64,000 bases of DNA from Minisyncoccota bacterium (GTDB lineage Bacteria > Patescibacteriota > Minisyncoccia > Phycocordibacterales > JAGLPS01), in assembly GCA_023137185.1 (NCBI GenBank), contig JAGLPS010000002.1:47458-111457 (forward strand), written 5' to 3'. The notes under the pieces were generated by a model. That model was not told the DNA's origin and did no database searches. It saw only the letters and a list, made by a program, of their open reading frames with translations. The position numbers and the translations under genes are program-made. Position 1 is the first letter of the stretch. Each line of letters begins with the position of its first letter. Shown here one piece after another: positions 17,324 through 26,292 of this stretch.

Positions 17324-17668
17324 TTAGGAAATTTGCTTAATAAGCCGTTCAAAAGTTTTGGGGTTCTTTTCTGCAAGATGAGAAAGAATCTTTCTGTCAA
17401 TATTTATCTTTTTCTTCTTCAAAATATGCATAAGCCTGCTGTAAGAAAGGTTCATTAAACGCGCTGATGCGTTAATACGGACATTCCACAGCCTTCTGTA
17501 TTCGTTTTTCCTGTCTTTTCGGTGGGCAAATGAGTGAACTCCAGCATGCGTTACCGCTTCACGCGCCTGGCGTTCTTTGGTACTTCGTCCGAAACGGTAC
17601 CCTTTTGCTTTGTGCAATATATTTCTTCGGCGCTTTAATGCGTGTACTCCCTTTTTTACTCGTGTCAT
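17324..17668 (-). CDS. rplT: 50S ribosomal protein L20
   Basis: MTRVKKGVHALKRRRNILHKAKGYRFGRS. Confidence 0.9.
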   Translation of the reverse strand: MTRVKKGVHALKRRRNILHKAKGYRFGRSTKERQAREAVTHAGVHSFAHRKDRKNEYRRLWNVRINASARLMNLSYSRLMHILKKKKINIDRKILSHLAEKNPKTFERLIKQIS

Positions 17669-17685
17669 ATGATTTAAATAACTGA

Positions 17686-17871
17686 TTAAGCTCCTGCCAA
17701 AAAGCGTGATTTTGCTTTGTTGTTCATTGGAAACGGACTCATTCGTTTTCTAGAAATATGTTCCTGTCCCGATCTTTTTGCATTAAAATGATTCTGACCA
17801 GGTTTGCGACCTAAAATTTTCCCTTTTTTAGTAACTTTCAATCTTTTTGTGTATGATTTCTTGGTTTTCAT
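17686..17871 (-). CDS. rpmI: 50S ribosomal protein L35
   Basis: MKTKKSYTKRLKVTKKGKILGRKPGQNH. Confidence 0.85.
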   Translation of the reverse strand: MKTKKSYTKRLKVTKKGKILGRKPGQNHFNAKRSGQEHISRKRMSPFPMNNKAKSRFLAGA

Positions 17872-18010
17872 CCTATTAGAAATAGGAAACCTCTGGGTTT
17901 CCGTCAGTATTGTTAAAACTGGTAAGTAATCGACTCATAAAGTGATATTGTAAAGCGTGTCTTAAGTTCATAACGTTGTGACCTGCCTGCGGTAGGCAGG
18001 CTTCTAACGG
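17872..18010 (-). promoter_or_regulatory. Conserved promoter + leader module (copy 2), filling the infC-rpmI intergenic region and ending at the rpmI ATG
   Basis: The reverse complement is ~90% identical to 55580-55720, including the palindrome CCTGCCTACCGCAGGCAGG, TTACAAT, ATGAGTCGA and the GGAAACC....GGTTTCC hairpin. Confidence 0.55.
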
Positions 18011-18016
18011 GACGCT

Positions 18017-18532
18017 TTATTTTTTTGCTTGTTCAACAAATGTTGAAAGTCCTTTTGGGCTTTTTGCAATTGGTTCAATTATACGATACTCCTCAGTAAG
18101 GAATCTAAGAAGCCGTTCTATCCTTTCTTTCAGGAAAGTCGTATTAAGATACTTTGACCGTCCTGGAAGAAAAAGAGTAATTCGTACTCGGTTTCCGTTC
18201 TTTAACCATTCGGAAACTTTTTTTGCTTTTAGTTCCAAATCATGTTCTCCAGTGCCGATTTTGACCTGGACACTTTTAACTTCTACAATGTGTCGTTTTG
18301 TCCGAGCAACTTTTTCTTTTTTCTGCTCAGCGTACTGGAACTTACCATAATCACAGATTTTTGCAACAGGAGGATTCACATTCGGGGAGATTTCTATCAA
18401 ATCCAGACCCAGTTCTTCTGCTTTTTTAAGCGCGTCGCTAAGAGATAGAACGCCAAAATTTTCGCCAGTAGGACCGATAACCCGGACCTCTTTTGCTTTT
18501 ATTCTATGATTTATTCTTGTGTTTCTTGCCAA
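18017..18532 (-). CDS. infC: Translation initiation factor IF-3
   Basis: EVRVIGPTGENFGVLSLSDALKKAEELGLDLIEISPNVNPPVAKI; infC-rpmI-rplT order. Confidence 0.85.
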   Translation of the reverse strand: MARNTRINHRIKAKEVRVIGPTGENFGVLSLSDALKKAEELGLDLIEISPNVNPPVAKICDYGKFQYAEQKKEKVARTKRHIVEVKSVQVKIGTGEHDLELKAKKVSEWLKNGNRVRITLFLPGRSKYLNTTFLKERIERLLRFLTEEYRIIEPIAKSPKGLSTFVEQAKK

Positions 18533-18642
18533 ATTGGTATTCTTGTAAGATTACGGTGACAAAGAAAGGTTACCACAGATTTCTTCTGAGAGCAACAGAT
18601 GTCTTTTGCGGTAAAGGTTGTTCAGATCAGGTGTGGGAAGAG

Positions 18643-19143
18643 TTAATGTTTGTATTTATCCGAGATGGTTTTAGACTCAGTTTCTCTCGGCATGGGGGTA
18701 ATTTCAATTGTTTCCGCAATATTTTTAATATTTGCGTCTCCTTTCCCCTTAAGTACTTCTCGGACATATCTTACAAAGAGTTGCGGACTCGTATCAATCT
18801 TGAGCACATGACTTGTCTTTGGTATTTTCTTGATTTCCTCGCGAATTTCATCGGTGCCGTAATTGGTAAGCATAATAACTGGAACAGAGTCAAATTCCTT
18901 GTTCTTTCTAATTTCTTTTAGAATCTCTATTCCGGATATATCTGGAAGAAGGATGTCAAGGATAATTACATCAGGTTTGGATGCTTTTCCGCTTTTGTAG
19001 TCTGTTAGTCGTTTCAGTGCGTCTTTTCCATTTACAAAACTTTCAATTTCAAATCCATTACTACTAAAAGACATTGCGTACAAATCAGCGATACCGGGCT
19101 CATCTTCTACAAAGAATATTTTGCTTTTATTTTCTGACTCCAT
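18643..19143 (-). CDS. Response regulator, receiver domain only, with a short C-terminal extension
   Basis: FFVEDEPGIADLY...DVIILDILLPDISGIEILKEIR...VIMLTNYG. Confidence 0.8.
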   Translation of the reverse strand: MESENKSKIFFVEDEPGIADLYAMSFSSNGFEIESFVNGKDALKRLTDYKSGKASKPDVIILDILLPDISGIEILKEIRKNKEFDSVPVIMLTNYGTDEIREEIKKIPKTSHVLKIDTSPQLFVRYVREVLKGKGDANIKNIAETIEITPMPRETESKTISDKYKH

Positions 19144-19234
19144 GTTGGGAAGATATTGTTATTATAACTTTATCTGCCGAGGCTATCAACTGGGGTTACC
19201 ACAGAGATTAATTTTAGTGGCATAATAAAGGACA

Positions 19235-20959
19235 ATGGATGCTGAAACTATACGTTTAATATATTACGTTTCTCTTGTTACAAATGTTGTTTGTGACGGC
19301 TTAGCTGGAATTTTTCTTTTTTTTACAGCATATCGCAAAGCGCGCTCTGCGCGAATGTTTGCAAATATGTCTTTTGCCCTTGTCTTTTGGTCGCTTACCT
19401 TTTTTATAGCCCTCACCGTGCCGACGGTCCCTATTTCTGCTGTAAATACTCTTATTCAAATATCATATATAGGTCTTGCGTTTGCGGCGGTGTTTTTTCT
19501 TGATTTTTGTTTAAGTTTTGTTGAAGAGCGTTCAATAGCACGGTATCGTTGGCCGAGAAGAATAGGGTATTTTCTAGCTCTTACTTTTTCCTTTTTGTTT
19601 ATTCTAGGGGCGTTTACTGAGGTACGCCTTGTCCTTGCTGGCACTGAATCGAGTTTGTGGTTTCCACTATGGGGCAAGGCAGGTCCTTTGTATGGGGTGT
19701 ATCTGATTTATTTCTTAGGACTTTTTAGTGCTGGATTTTATTATCTTCTTAGTTTGTGGTTTAAAACTACCGATACCGCCCTTAAGAAACAAATCTCTCT
19801 TATTTTTTGGATGACAGTTATTCCTGCTCTTGGTGGTTCTACGCAATACCTCATTGTCTATAAAATTCCGGTGTTTCCAGTAGGCGCGTATCTTATCCCA
19901 GTGTATGTATTTGGACTTCTCTATGCAATTACACGATTCCATTTATTCAATGTAAAAGTTATTACCGCAGAAGTTTTTACAATTACTATATGGATGGCAT
20001 TAGCAGGAAAAGTTTTGTTTGTGCAGGATATCACAACCTTAGTACTTGATCTTGGAGTACTCTTCGCTTCAATTATTTTTGGTCTATTTGCAATACGCAG
20101 TATCTTGAACGAAGCGCGCCAGAAAGAACATTTGGAAGATTTAAATGACCTCCTTGAAGAGAAAGTGGCTAAGCAGACAAGAGAAATCCGCAAATCCTAT
20201 GAGGTGGAAAAGAAAGCTCGTATTGAGCTTGAAGAGTTAGATAAGTCAAAGGACCAATTCATTCTCACCACTCAACATCACTTGCGAACCCCGCTTACGA
20301 TTGCAAAAGGTTATTTAGAGCTCTTGCAGCGCGATGAGCCACGCTTAAGCCCGAAGGGCAAAGAATATCTTTCACAGATAGACCAATCCGTTGAAAGAAT
20401 GAAAAGTCTGGTCAGTGATTTTCTTAATGTTTCTCAGCTGGAGGTGGGGAAGGCCGTTCTGGAGCCCCTCCCTCTTGATATATACAACGTTCTTTCGGAT
20501 ATTTATAAGGAACTTAAAGCGGATATCGTTCGCAAGCATCTCTCTTTTGAGCTTCGTTTTTCACCAAAAGCCCTTCAATCAAAAGTTATGGCCGACAAGC
20601 GTGTTGTGAGGGCAGCGTTTTATAATCTTGTTGATAATGCGGTGAAATATACCGAAAAAGGAGGTATAAGGATAGTTGGGGAAATTTTTACTCATCCTAT
20701 AGAAAAACTTGAATTTTTACGTGTCAGTATTATTGATACTGGCATTGGTATTGACACAGATGAATTGCCGAGAATTTTCAATCGGTACTTTGAAAGAGGT
20801 GTAGATGCTGAGAAAATTTTCGCTTCGGGCAAAGGATTAGGGCTTTCCATTTCTAAAAATATGATTCAGCTACATAGCGGAAAAATCTTGGTTGATTCTC
20901 ATGGTAAAGGCAAAGGCTCGACCTTTATGGTTGAATTGCCGATTATTTTTTCGTCATAA
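19235..20959 (+). CDS. Sensor histidine kinase (N-terminal multi-TM sensor + HisKA + HATPase_c)
   Basis: H-box HHLRTPLTIAKGY; N/G boxes NLVDNAVKYT, GKGLGLSISKNMIQLHSG. Confidence 0.85.
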   Translation: MDAETIRLIYYVSLVTNVVCDGLAGIFLFFTAYRKARSARMFANMSFALVFWSLTFFIALTVPTVPISAVNTLIQISYIGLAFAAVFFLDFCLSFVEERSIARYRWPRRIGYFLALTFSFLFILGAFTEVRLVLAGTESSLWFPLWGKAGPLYGVYLIYFLGLFSAGFYYLLSLWFKTTDTALKKQISLIFWMTVIPALGGSTQYLIVYKIPVFPVGAYLIPVYVFGLLYAITRFHLFNVKVITAEVFTITIWMALAGKVLFVQDITTLVLDLGVLFASIIFGLFAIRSILNEARQKEHLEDLNDLLEEKVAKQTREIRKSYEVEKKARIELEELDKSKDQFILTTQHHLRTPLTIAKGYLELLQRDEPRLSPKGKEYLSQIDQSVERMKSLVSDFLNVSQLEVGKAVLEPLPLDIYNVLSDIYKELKADIVRKHLSFELRFSPKALQSKVMADKRVVRAAFYNLVDNAVKYTEKGGIRIVGEIFTHPIEKLEFLRVSIIDTGIGIDTDELPRIFNRYFERGVDAEKIFASGKGLGLSISKNMIQLHSGKILVDSHGKGKGSTFMVELPIIFSS

Positions 20960-21141
20960 GAGCGTGTGAGTCTGTCAACTTTCAGAAATATTTTGGTAAA
21001 ACAACGGATATCTTGACGATGGCAGCCGTTGTCAACGGTCTTGTGGACGTGATTGGATTTGGTGTGGGGAAGAGGGAATTTGGTAAAAAATAAACCTGCT
21101 TTTAAGCAGGGGTCTACAATTAAATATATAACAATAAACTT

Positions 21142-21561
21142 TTAGTCTGTACAAGTTATTCCTACCATTCCACAAATCTGTGTGACAAATAATACCGGAG
21201 AAGTGTCCATTTTAAGAACGTGGCTTGTGTTAGGTGTTTGCTTTACAGTCTGTTTGATTTCGTTTGTTCCGTAATTGGTAAGCATAATAACTGGAACAGA
21301 GTCAAATTCCTTGTTCTTTCTAATTTCTTTTAGAATTTCTAATCCAGAGATATCGGGTAAAAGAATATCCGAAACAATAATATCTGGTTTTGGTTCATCT
21401 CCTTTCCTAAACCGTTCAATTTTTTCAAGAGCTTCTTTTCCTGTCGTCGCACTTTTTATTTTAAAATCACTTCCTGAAAACGCAGATTCGTACAAATCTA
21501 TAATTGCCGGCTCATCCTCAATAAAGAAAATTCTGTATGTTCTTTTTTGTTTTTCCGCCAT
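21142..21561 (-). CDS. Response regulator receiver protein, paralog of 18643-19143 (start taken at MAEKQ)
   Basis: IFFIEDEPAIIDLY...DIIVSDILLPDISGLEILKEIRKNKEFDSVPVIMLTNYGT. Confidence 0.75.
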   Translation of the reverse strand: MAEKQKRTYRIFFIEDEPAIIDLYESAFSGSDFKIKSATTGKEALEKIERFRKGDEPKPDIIVSDILLPDISGLEILKEIRKNKEFDSVPVIMLTNYGTNEIKQTVKQTPNTSHVLKMDTSPVLFVTQICGMVGITCTD

Positions 21562-21944
21562 TGTTTTAATTGTATATGGAGATAACTGAAAACACAACGG
21601 AAACAAAAAACTACCTTCAAAAACGGTTTTTGGGAAGAGAAGATGTTCTAGAAACTTTTACAAATAAAAATGCCTTCTCTTAAAAGAGACGGCAGCCTAA
21701 ACGATTTCAAGTTCCAGTGAAAAGGGAGTGTCTCATTTACAGCTCCACATTCTCCAGAAAGAATGCTTCAATGCCCCCACCCATGCTATGCTGCAACACC
21801 TTAACACCTTTCTATTTGCCTACTGTAGGGATTCGAACCCTTACAGATCCCGCTATTTCCAGTATTGTTCAGGCAGTACAAATTTACCACAAATTTCTCT
21901 AATTACAATAGCTATTTTTAAATTCTCACAATATATACACAAAA

Positions 21945-21982
21945 CAAAAACCGCCAGAAAGGCGGCGTTGTTTTGTCTGTGG
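21945..21982 (-). terminator. Rho-independent terminator downstream of ssrA (minus strand)
   Basis: The minus strand reads GCCGCC-TTTCT-GGCGG followed by TTTTTGTTTT. Confidence 0.5.
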
Positions 21983-22049
21983 AGCACTTCGGCGTAGTAC
22001 GCCTCAGTATTCTCACAAAATATAGTCGCTCTCGCAGAGCTTGTTATTT

Positions 22050-22471
22050 TGTGGAGGTGGGCGGAATCGAACCGCCGTGCAAAATAGGATTTCTCAACGA
22101 ATCTACAATACGTAGTTTATTTCAATCCGTCAGCTGACGGATTTAAGCACAAGGTGTAAGAAATAAACAAAACCACAATGTGCCGATTCCTAAAATTTTG
22201 TGCTGATACTGGAAAATATCAACATATAGTCCGGAAGATATTACACTTCGTTTGCGTTACCGAACATCACGCAAAGAAATGCCGCTCAGTCCGTCTTAGA
22301 CGGAGTAAGCGAAAGCGAAGTCGTTTTCCGTAAAGTACGGAGAAACTAGTGACTTTGCCCGTGCAAAAGTATTTTTAGCACGTATAGTTTCCTCAACATA
22401 TTAGGAGAAGTGAGGATTACTCCGTATTGCACATTGAAAATTCATTATTTTGTCTAGGCCGATCACCCCCC
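22050..22471 (-). ncRNA. ssrA: Transfer-messenger RNA (tmRNA)
   Basis: The minus strand starts GGGGGGTGATCGGCCTAGAC (tmRNA 5' consensus GGGG...GAC) and ends GGTTCGATTCCGCCCACCTCCAC (tRNA-like T-arm + acceptor); ~420 nt; directly downstream of smpB. Confidence 0.7.
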
Positions 22472-22536
22472 TAAAACAAATTTTACAAAGTAAAATTTGT
22501 TCAACAGTATAAAATACGCTTTAGGCAAATGACCGG

Positions 22537-22983
22537 CTATCTTTTCAAAGTTCTTCCAATATCTCGTTCCGTATCGCGTTTCTTTATTGTTTCGCGTTTG
22601 TCGTATTTTTTCTTACCGCGAACGATTGCGATGTCTACCTTTATTTTTCTACCAACATTATACATTGAAAGAGGGACTACTGTCAACCCTTTTTTGTCCT
22701 CAGCAAGAGAAATTTCCTGTAGTTCTTTTTTGGTTAAAAGTAATTTACGATTTCTCTCTGGATTGTAGATTTCCGGAGTATTTTTTGGTTGAAAAGGAGG
22801 AATAGATACCCCTATCAAATATGCTTCTCCTCCGCGTACAGTGATGTGTGTTCCGTCTAGGGACCCCATTTTACTCCTTACTGCTTTTACCTCAAAACCG
22901 AAAAGCTCAATGCCTGCTGACATTTTCTCAAGAATCTCGTAATTAAGCGTTACTTTTTTATTTTGTAAAAGCATTGCACTCAT
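22537..22983 (-). CDS. smpB: SsrA-binding protein SmpB
   Basis: LLQNKKVTLNYEILEKMSAGIELFGFEVKAVRS...LLLTKKELQEI. Confidence 0.9.
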   Translation of the reverse strand: MSAMLLQNKKVTLNYEILEKMSAGIELFGFEVKAVRSKMGSLDGTHITVRGGEAYLIGVSIPPFQPKNTPEIYNPERNRKLLLTKKELQEISLAEDKKGLTVVPLSMYNVGRKIKVDIAIVRGKKKYDKRETIKKRDTERDIGRTLKR

Positions 22984-23240
22984 AATAACAGATTATACCC
23001 GTCCTTCAATTTACTCCCCCCACCCGTCTTGTTAGGGTATTTTGTTGTTTCAGTTGGACAATTAATAGTCTAAGTAATACTTGCCATACTTTTTATAATT
23101 ACCTTACTCCTTAAAATACTATCTTCTTACGGTCGTCCCTACGGGAGATCTGCCGTAGGCATAAGAGATGTTCCGAAGGGACACAGCAATGACAAGATGG
23201 GTGTGGGGGTTTAACCTTTTTTAAGGTATAATGGGTTTTT

Positions 23241-25178
23241 ATGAATAGCGGTATCAAACAAAAGAACGGAAAAAAGAATATTCGGCTTATTATTAAGCCT
23301 TCTAACAGTGGTCGGAACAAAAAACCTGTCCCTTTTTGGGGAAACATTCTGACAACTCTTTTGATTTTCCTTACACTTCTTTCTTTATACACACTTCTTT
23401 CCGAAGGATTCATCGAGAAAGAAAAAATTCCAATATCGCAACTTGCCCGAGATATAGAAGCAAAACAGGTGACTTCAATTGTTGTTGAAGGTGATATGCT
23501 TTCTGTAACTTACATTACAGACGAGGAAAAAGAGGTTAAAAAAGAAGAGGGGACAGCCTTGTCAGAAACGCTTACTAATTACGGGGTTTCAAGTGAGCAG
23601 CTCAAAGATATATCAATTTCTGTTGAAAGTGACACGGGTTTTGCGTTCTGGTTTCTCACACTTGCTCCAATTCTTTTTCCGATAGCACTCCTCTTTCTTT
23701 TTATTTGGTTTATGGGACGTCAAGTTCGGGGGGCGGGTATGCAGGCATTTTCTTTCGGTCAGTCAAAAGCGCGGCTTATCTCGCCTGATGACAAACGGCA
23801 GCGGGTAATGTTTAAAGATGTCGCAGGCGCGAAGGAAGCGAAGGAAGAACTTGCTGAAATCGTAGACTTTCTCAAAAATCCGAAAAAGTTTTTTGATATT
23901 GGAGCGCAAATTCCTCGCGGCATTATTCTTATGGGAGCGCCTGGGACAGGAAAAACACTCCTTGCTCGAGCTGTAGCGGGAGAAGCGGGAGTTGCCTTTT
24001 TCTCTATCTCTGGTTCGGAGTTTGTGGAAATGTTTGTTGGTGTCGGGGCTTCTCGTGTTCGTGACCTCTTTAAGATAGCCAAACATACGGCACCCGCGAT
24101 TGTTTTTATTGATGAGATTGATGCTGTTGGAAGAGTGAGAGGTACTGGTGTTGGGGGGGGGAATGATGAAAGAGAGCAGACTTTAAACCAGATCCTTGTT
24201 GAGATGGACGGATTTGAGCAAAACGAAAAAGTTATTGTTATAGCTGCAACAAATCGACCAGACGTGTTAGATCCAGCTCTGCTTCGTCCGGGGAGATTTG
24301 ATAGAAGGGTTACGATTGATTTACCTGATCGAAAAGACAGAGAAGATATTTTAAAAATTCATTCAGGGAAAAAACCGCTTGCCGAGGATGTCAACCTCTC
24401 CATTGTTGCCGAACGAACTCCAGGTTTTTCCGGAGCTGATTTGCAATCACTTATGAACGAAGCCGCGATTTTGGCTGCTCGCGAGAACAGAAAAAAAGTC
24501 GCGCAATTTGACCTAGTTCGTTCAATTGAAAAGGTGATGCTGGGGCCGGAAAGAAGAAGCCATGTGTTGAATCAAAAAGAAAAAGAAATTACCGCGTACC
24601 ATGAAGCAGGGCATGCGGTTGTCGCGTCTGTCTTGCCCTACGCCGATCCAGTTCATAAGATTTCAATAATTTCACGTGGAAACGCGGCGGGCTATACTCT
24701 TAAACTTCCTTTTGAAGACAAGCGTTTTCAGTCAAAGAAAGAATTTCTTGATGATATCGCGGTTTCCCTTGGGGGATATGTCGCCGAGAGAATGATATTT
24801 GGCGATTTGACAACCGGTTCCTCAAACGACTTGCAGGTCTCTTCCGCGCTTGCTCGCGATATGGTTACAAAATACGGAATGTCGGACACAATAGGACCAA
24901 TTGCTCTTGAAAACCAGGGGGGGCGGTCAATATTTGGAAAAGGAATTGATGTAAAAGAATACTCGGAAGAAGTTGGCGCCCGCATAGACAAGGAAATTGA
25001 GCAAATAATGAATGAGGCGCTCAAAAAAGCCGAGGATATTTTGAATAAACACAGAGTCATTCTTGATGTCGTCGCGAAGGAACTTATTGTAATTGAAACA
25101 ATCGAGCGCGAAGATTTTGAAAAACTTCTCATAGCAAATGGCATTACTCCCAAAAAGAAGGAAGAACCCAAAAGCTAG
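23241..25178 (+). CDS. ftsH: ATP-dependent zinc metalloprotease FtsH
   Basis: Two N-terminal TM helices, Walker [19 protein letters not shown] zinc site. Confidence 0.95.
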   Translation: MNSGIKQKNGKKNIRLIIKPSNSGRNKKPVPFWGNILTTLLIFLTLLSLYTLLSEGFIEKEKIPISQLARDIEAKQVTSIVVEGDMLSVTYITDEEKEVKKEEGTALSETLTNYGVSSEQLKDISISVESDTGFAFWFLTLAPILFPIALLFLFIWFMGRQVRGAGMQAFSFGQSKARLISPDDKRQRVMFKDVAGAKEAKEELAEIVDFLKNPKKFFDIGAQIPRGIILMGAPGTGKTLLARAVAGEAGVAFFSISGSEFVEMFVGVGASRVRDLFKIAKHTAPAIVFIDEIDAVGRVRGTGVGGGNDEREQTLNQILVEMDGFEQNEKVIVIAATNRPDVLDPALLRPGRFDRRVTIDLPDRKDREDILKIHSGKKPLAEDVNLSIVAERTPGFSGADLQSLMNEAAILAARENRKKVAQFDLVRSIEKVMLGPERRSHVLNQKEKEITAYHEAGHAVVASVLPYADPVHKISIISRGNAAGYTLKLPFEDKRFQSKKEFLDDIAVSLGGYVAERMIFGDLTTGSSNDLQVSSALARDMVTKYGMSDTIGPIALENQGGRSIFGKGIDVKEYSEEVGARIDKEIEQIMNEALKKAEDILNKHRVILDVVAKELIVIETIEREDFEKLLIANGITPKKKEEPKS

Positions 25179-25391
25179 GTAAAAAAGCTCTGTCCGTTTA
25201 AAATCCCACAGTTTAACTACAGACTTCTTTTTGCGGTATAATAAAATTTACTATCCGCGAGGTATCCGCGGACGGCATCGGGGAAACTTTGTTGGATGGG
25301 AGCGAGCTCCGCTCGTCCCTATTATTGCGCGACCATTCATCCCCGCCGCAAGCGGACGGAGATAAATGGTCGCTTCCAATTAAAAAGCCAA

Positions 25392-25861
25392 ATGGACTTT
25401 TCTCAAATCAGCTTTTATAGCCTATCTGCGCTTGTAAACTTTTTTGCGAGTTTCTTTTTTGGGACATTTGTATATCTGCAGGACAGAAAGAGCAACTAAC
25501 CAGACTCAACGCCAATTTAGATGTTCTCAACCAGAATCTTGAGAAGAAAGTGGCAGAGCAGACTCAAGAAATCCGTAAAGCCTACGAAGTGGAAAAAGAG
25601 GCTAGGAAGGGGCTTGAGGAACTCAACAAAGCCAAAAACGAATTTATCCTTGCAAGTCAGCACAATTTAAGAACGCCAATAACGATTGCAAAAGGCTACG
25701 TCGAGGAAACCGGACTAAGCCTTAAGGGTAATGATACTGCGCGTGAATATTTAGATAAAACGACAGGAGTGTTGGAAACTCTTGCCAAACTCGTCAACGG
25801 ACTTATTGATGTGACTGATCTCAAAGTGGGGAAGGAGGGGTTTAGCAAAAATAAGAAATAG
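25392..25861 (+). pseudogene. Internally deleted sensor histidine kinase remnant, paralog of 19235-20959
   Basis: MDFSQISFYSLSALVNFF resembles the kinase N-terminus MDAETIRLIYYVSLVTNVV; QTQEIRKAYEVEKEARKGLEELNKAKNEFILASQHNLRTPITIAKGY matches the kinase HisKA region. The TM sensor body and HATPase domain are missing and stop codons interrupt it. Confidence 0.55.
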
Positions 25862-25954
25862 CGCGACCATTAGAACTTAAACCTTTAGTCACGCAGGTTA
25901 TTCAGAAATATAAAAGGTTTACTTGTATCAATTGCAAAAATATGTCTATCCTCT

Positions 25955-25988
25955 AGGACTCAAACCTGGGACTACGAAGGTATATAGG
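25955..25988 (-). other. Diverged partial copy of the 3' half of the adjacent tRNA-Ile (tRNA fragment / att-like remnant)
   Basis: GGACTCAAACCTGGGACTACGAAGGTATA compared with the tRNA's GGACTCGAACCTGGAACCGCGGAGGTATA. Confidence 0.45.
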
Positions 25989-26001
25989 AAAAATTTTTCT
26001 G

Positions 26002-26075
26002 TGCGAGTACCAGGACTCGAACCTGGAACCGCGGAGGTATAAGCTCCGTGCTCTAACCAATTGAGCTATACTCGC
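26002..26075 (-). tRNA. tRNA-Ile, anticodon UAU (decodes AUA)
   Basis: The minus strand reads GCGAGTA-TA-GCTC..GAGC-A-CGGAG-CTTATAC-CTCCG-CGGTT-CCAGG-TTCGAGT-CCTGG-TACTCGC-A, a full cloverleaf; the anticodon loop CUUAUAC gives UAU. Confidence 0.8.
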
Positions 26076-26292
26076 ATATTTTATGTTTCTAAAGTACGAA
26101 GGTATTTTATACCTATTTGCACAAAATCTCCACCCTTCCCCCCTGTTTCTTGGAGGGAGAAATCCTTTTCCGAACCTTTAGAGTGAGCACACTATTTTCA
26201 AAAGACTCTGCGCAGGTCGATGAGGCCGAGCAGGAAGAAAAATTTTAGCAAAAATTTATTCTGTTCTTTTGAAAATAGTGTGCGAACGGCCT

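Noticed and set aside
21790-21900. tRNA-like T-arm (GGGTTCGAATCCC, minus strand) downstream of ssrA
   Set aside because: The T-loop consensus TTCGAAT and a stem are present, but no acceptor, D or anticodon arms could be built. It is treated as a degraded tRNA remnant rather than a gene.
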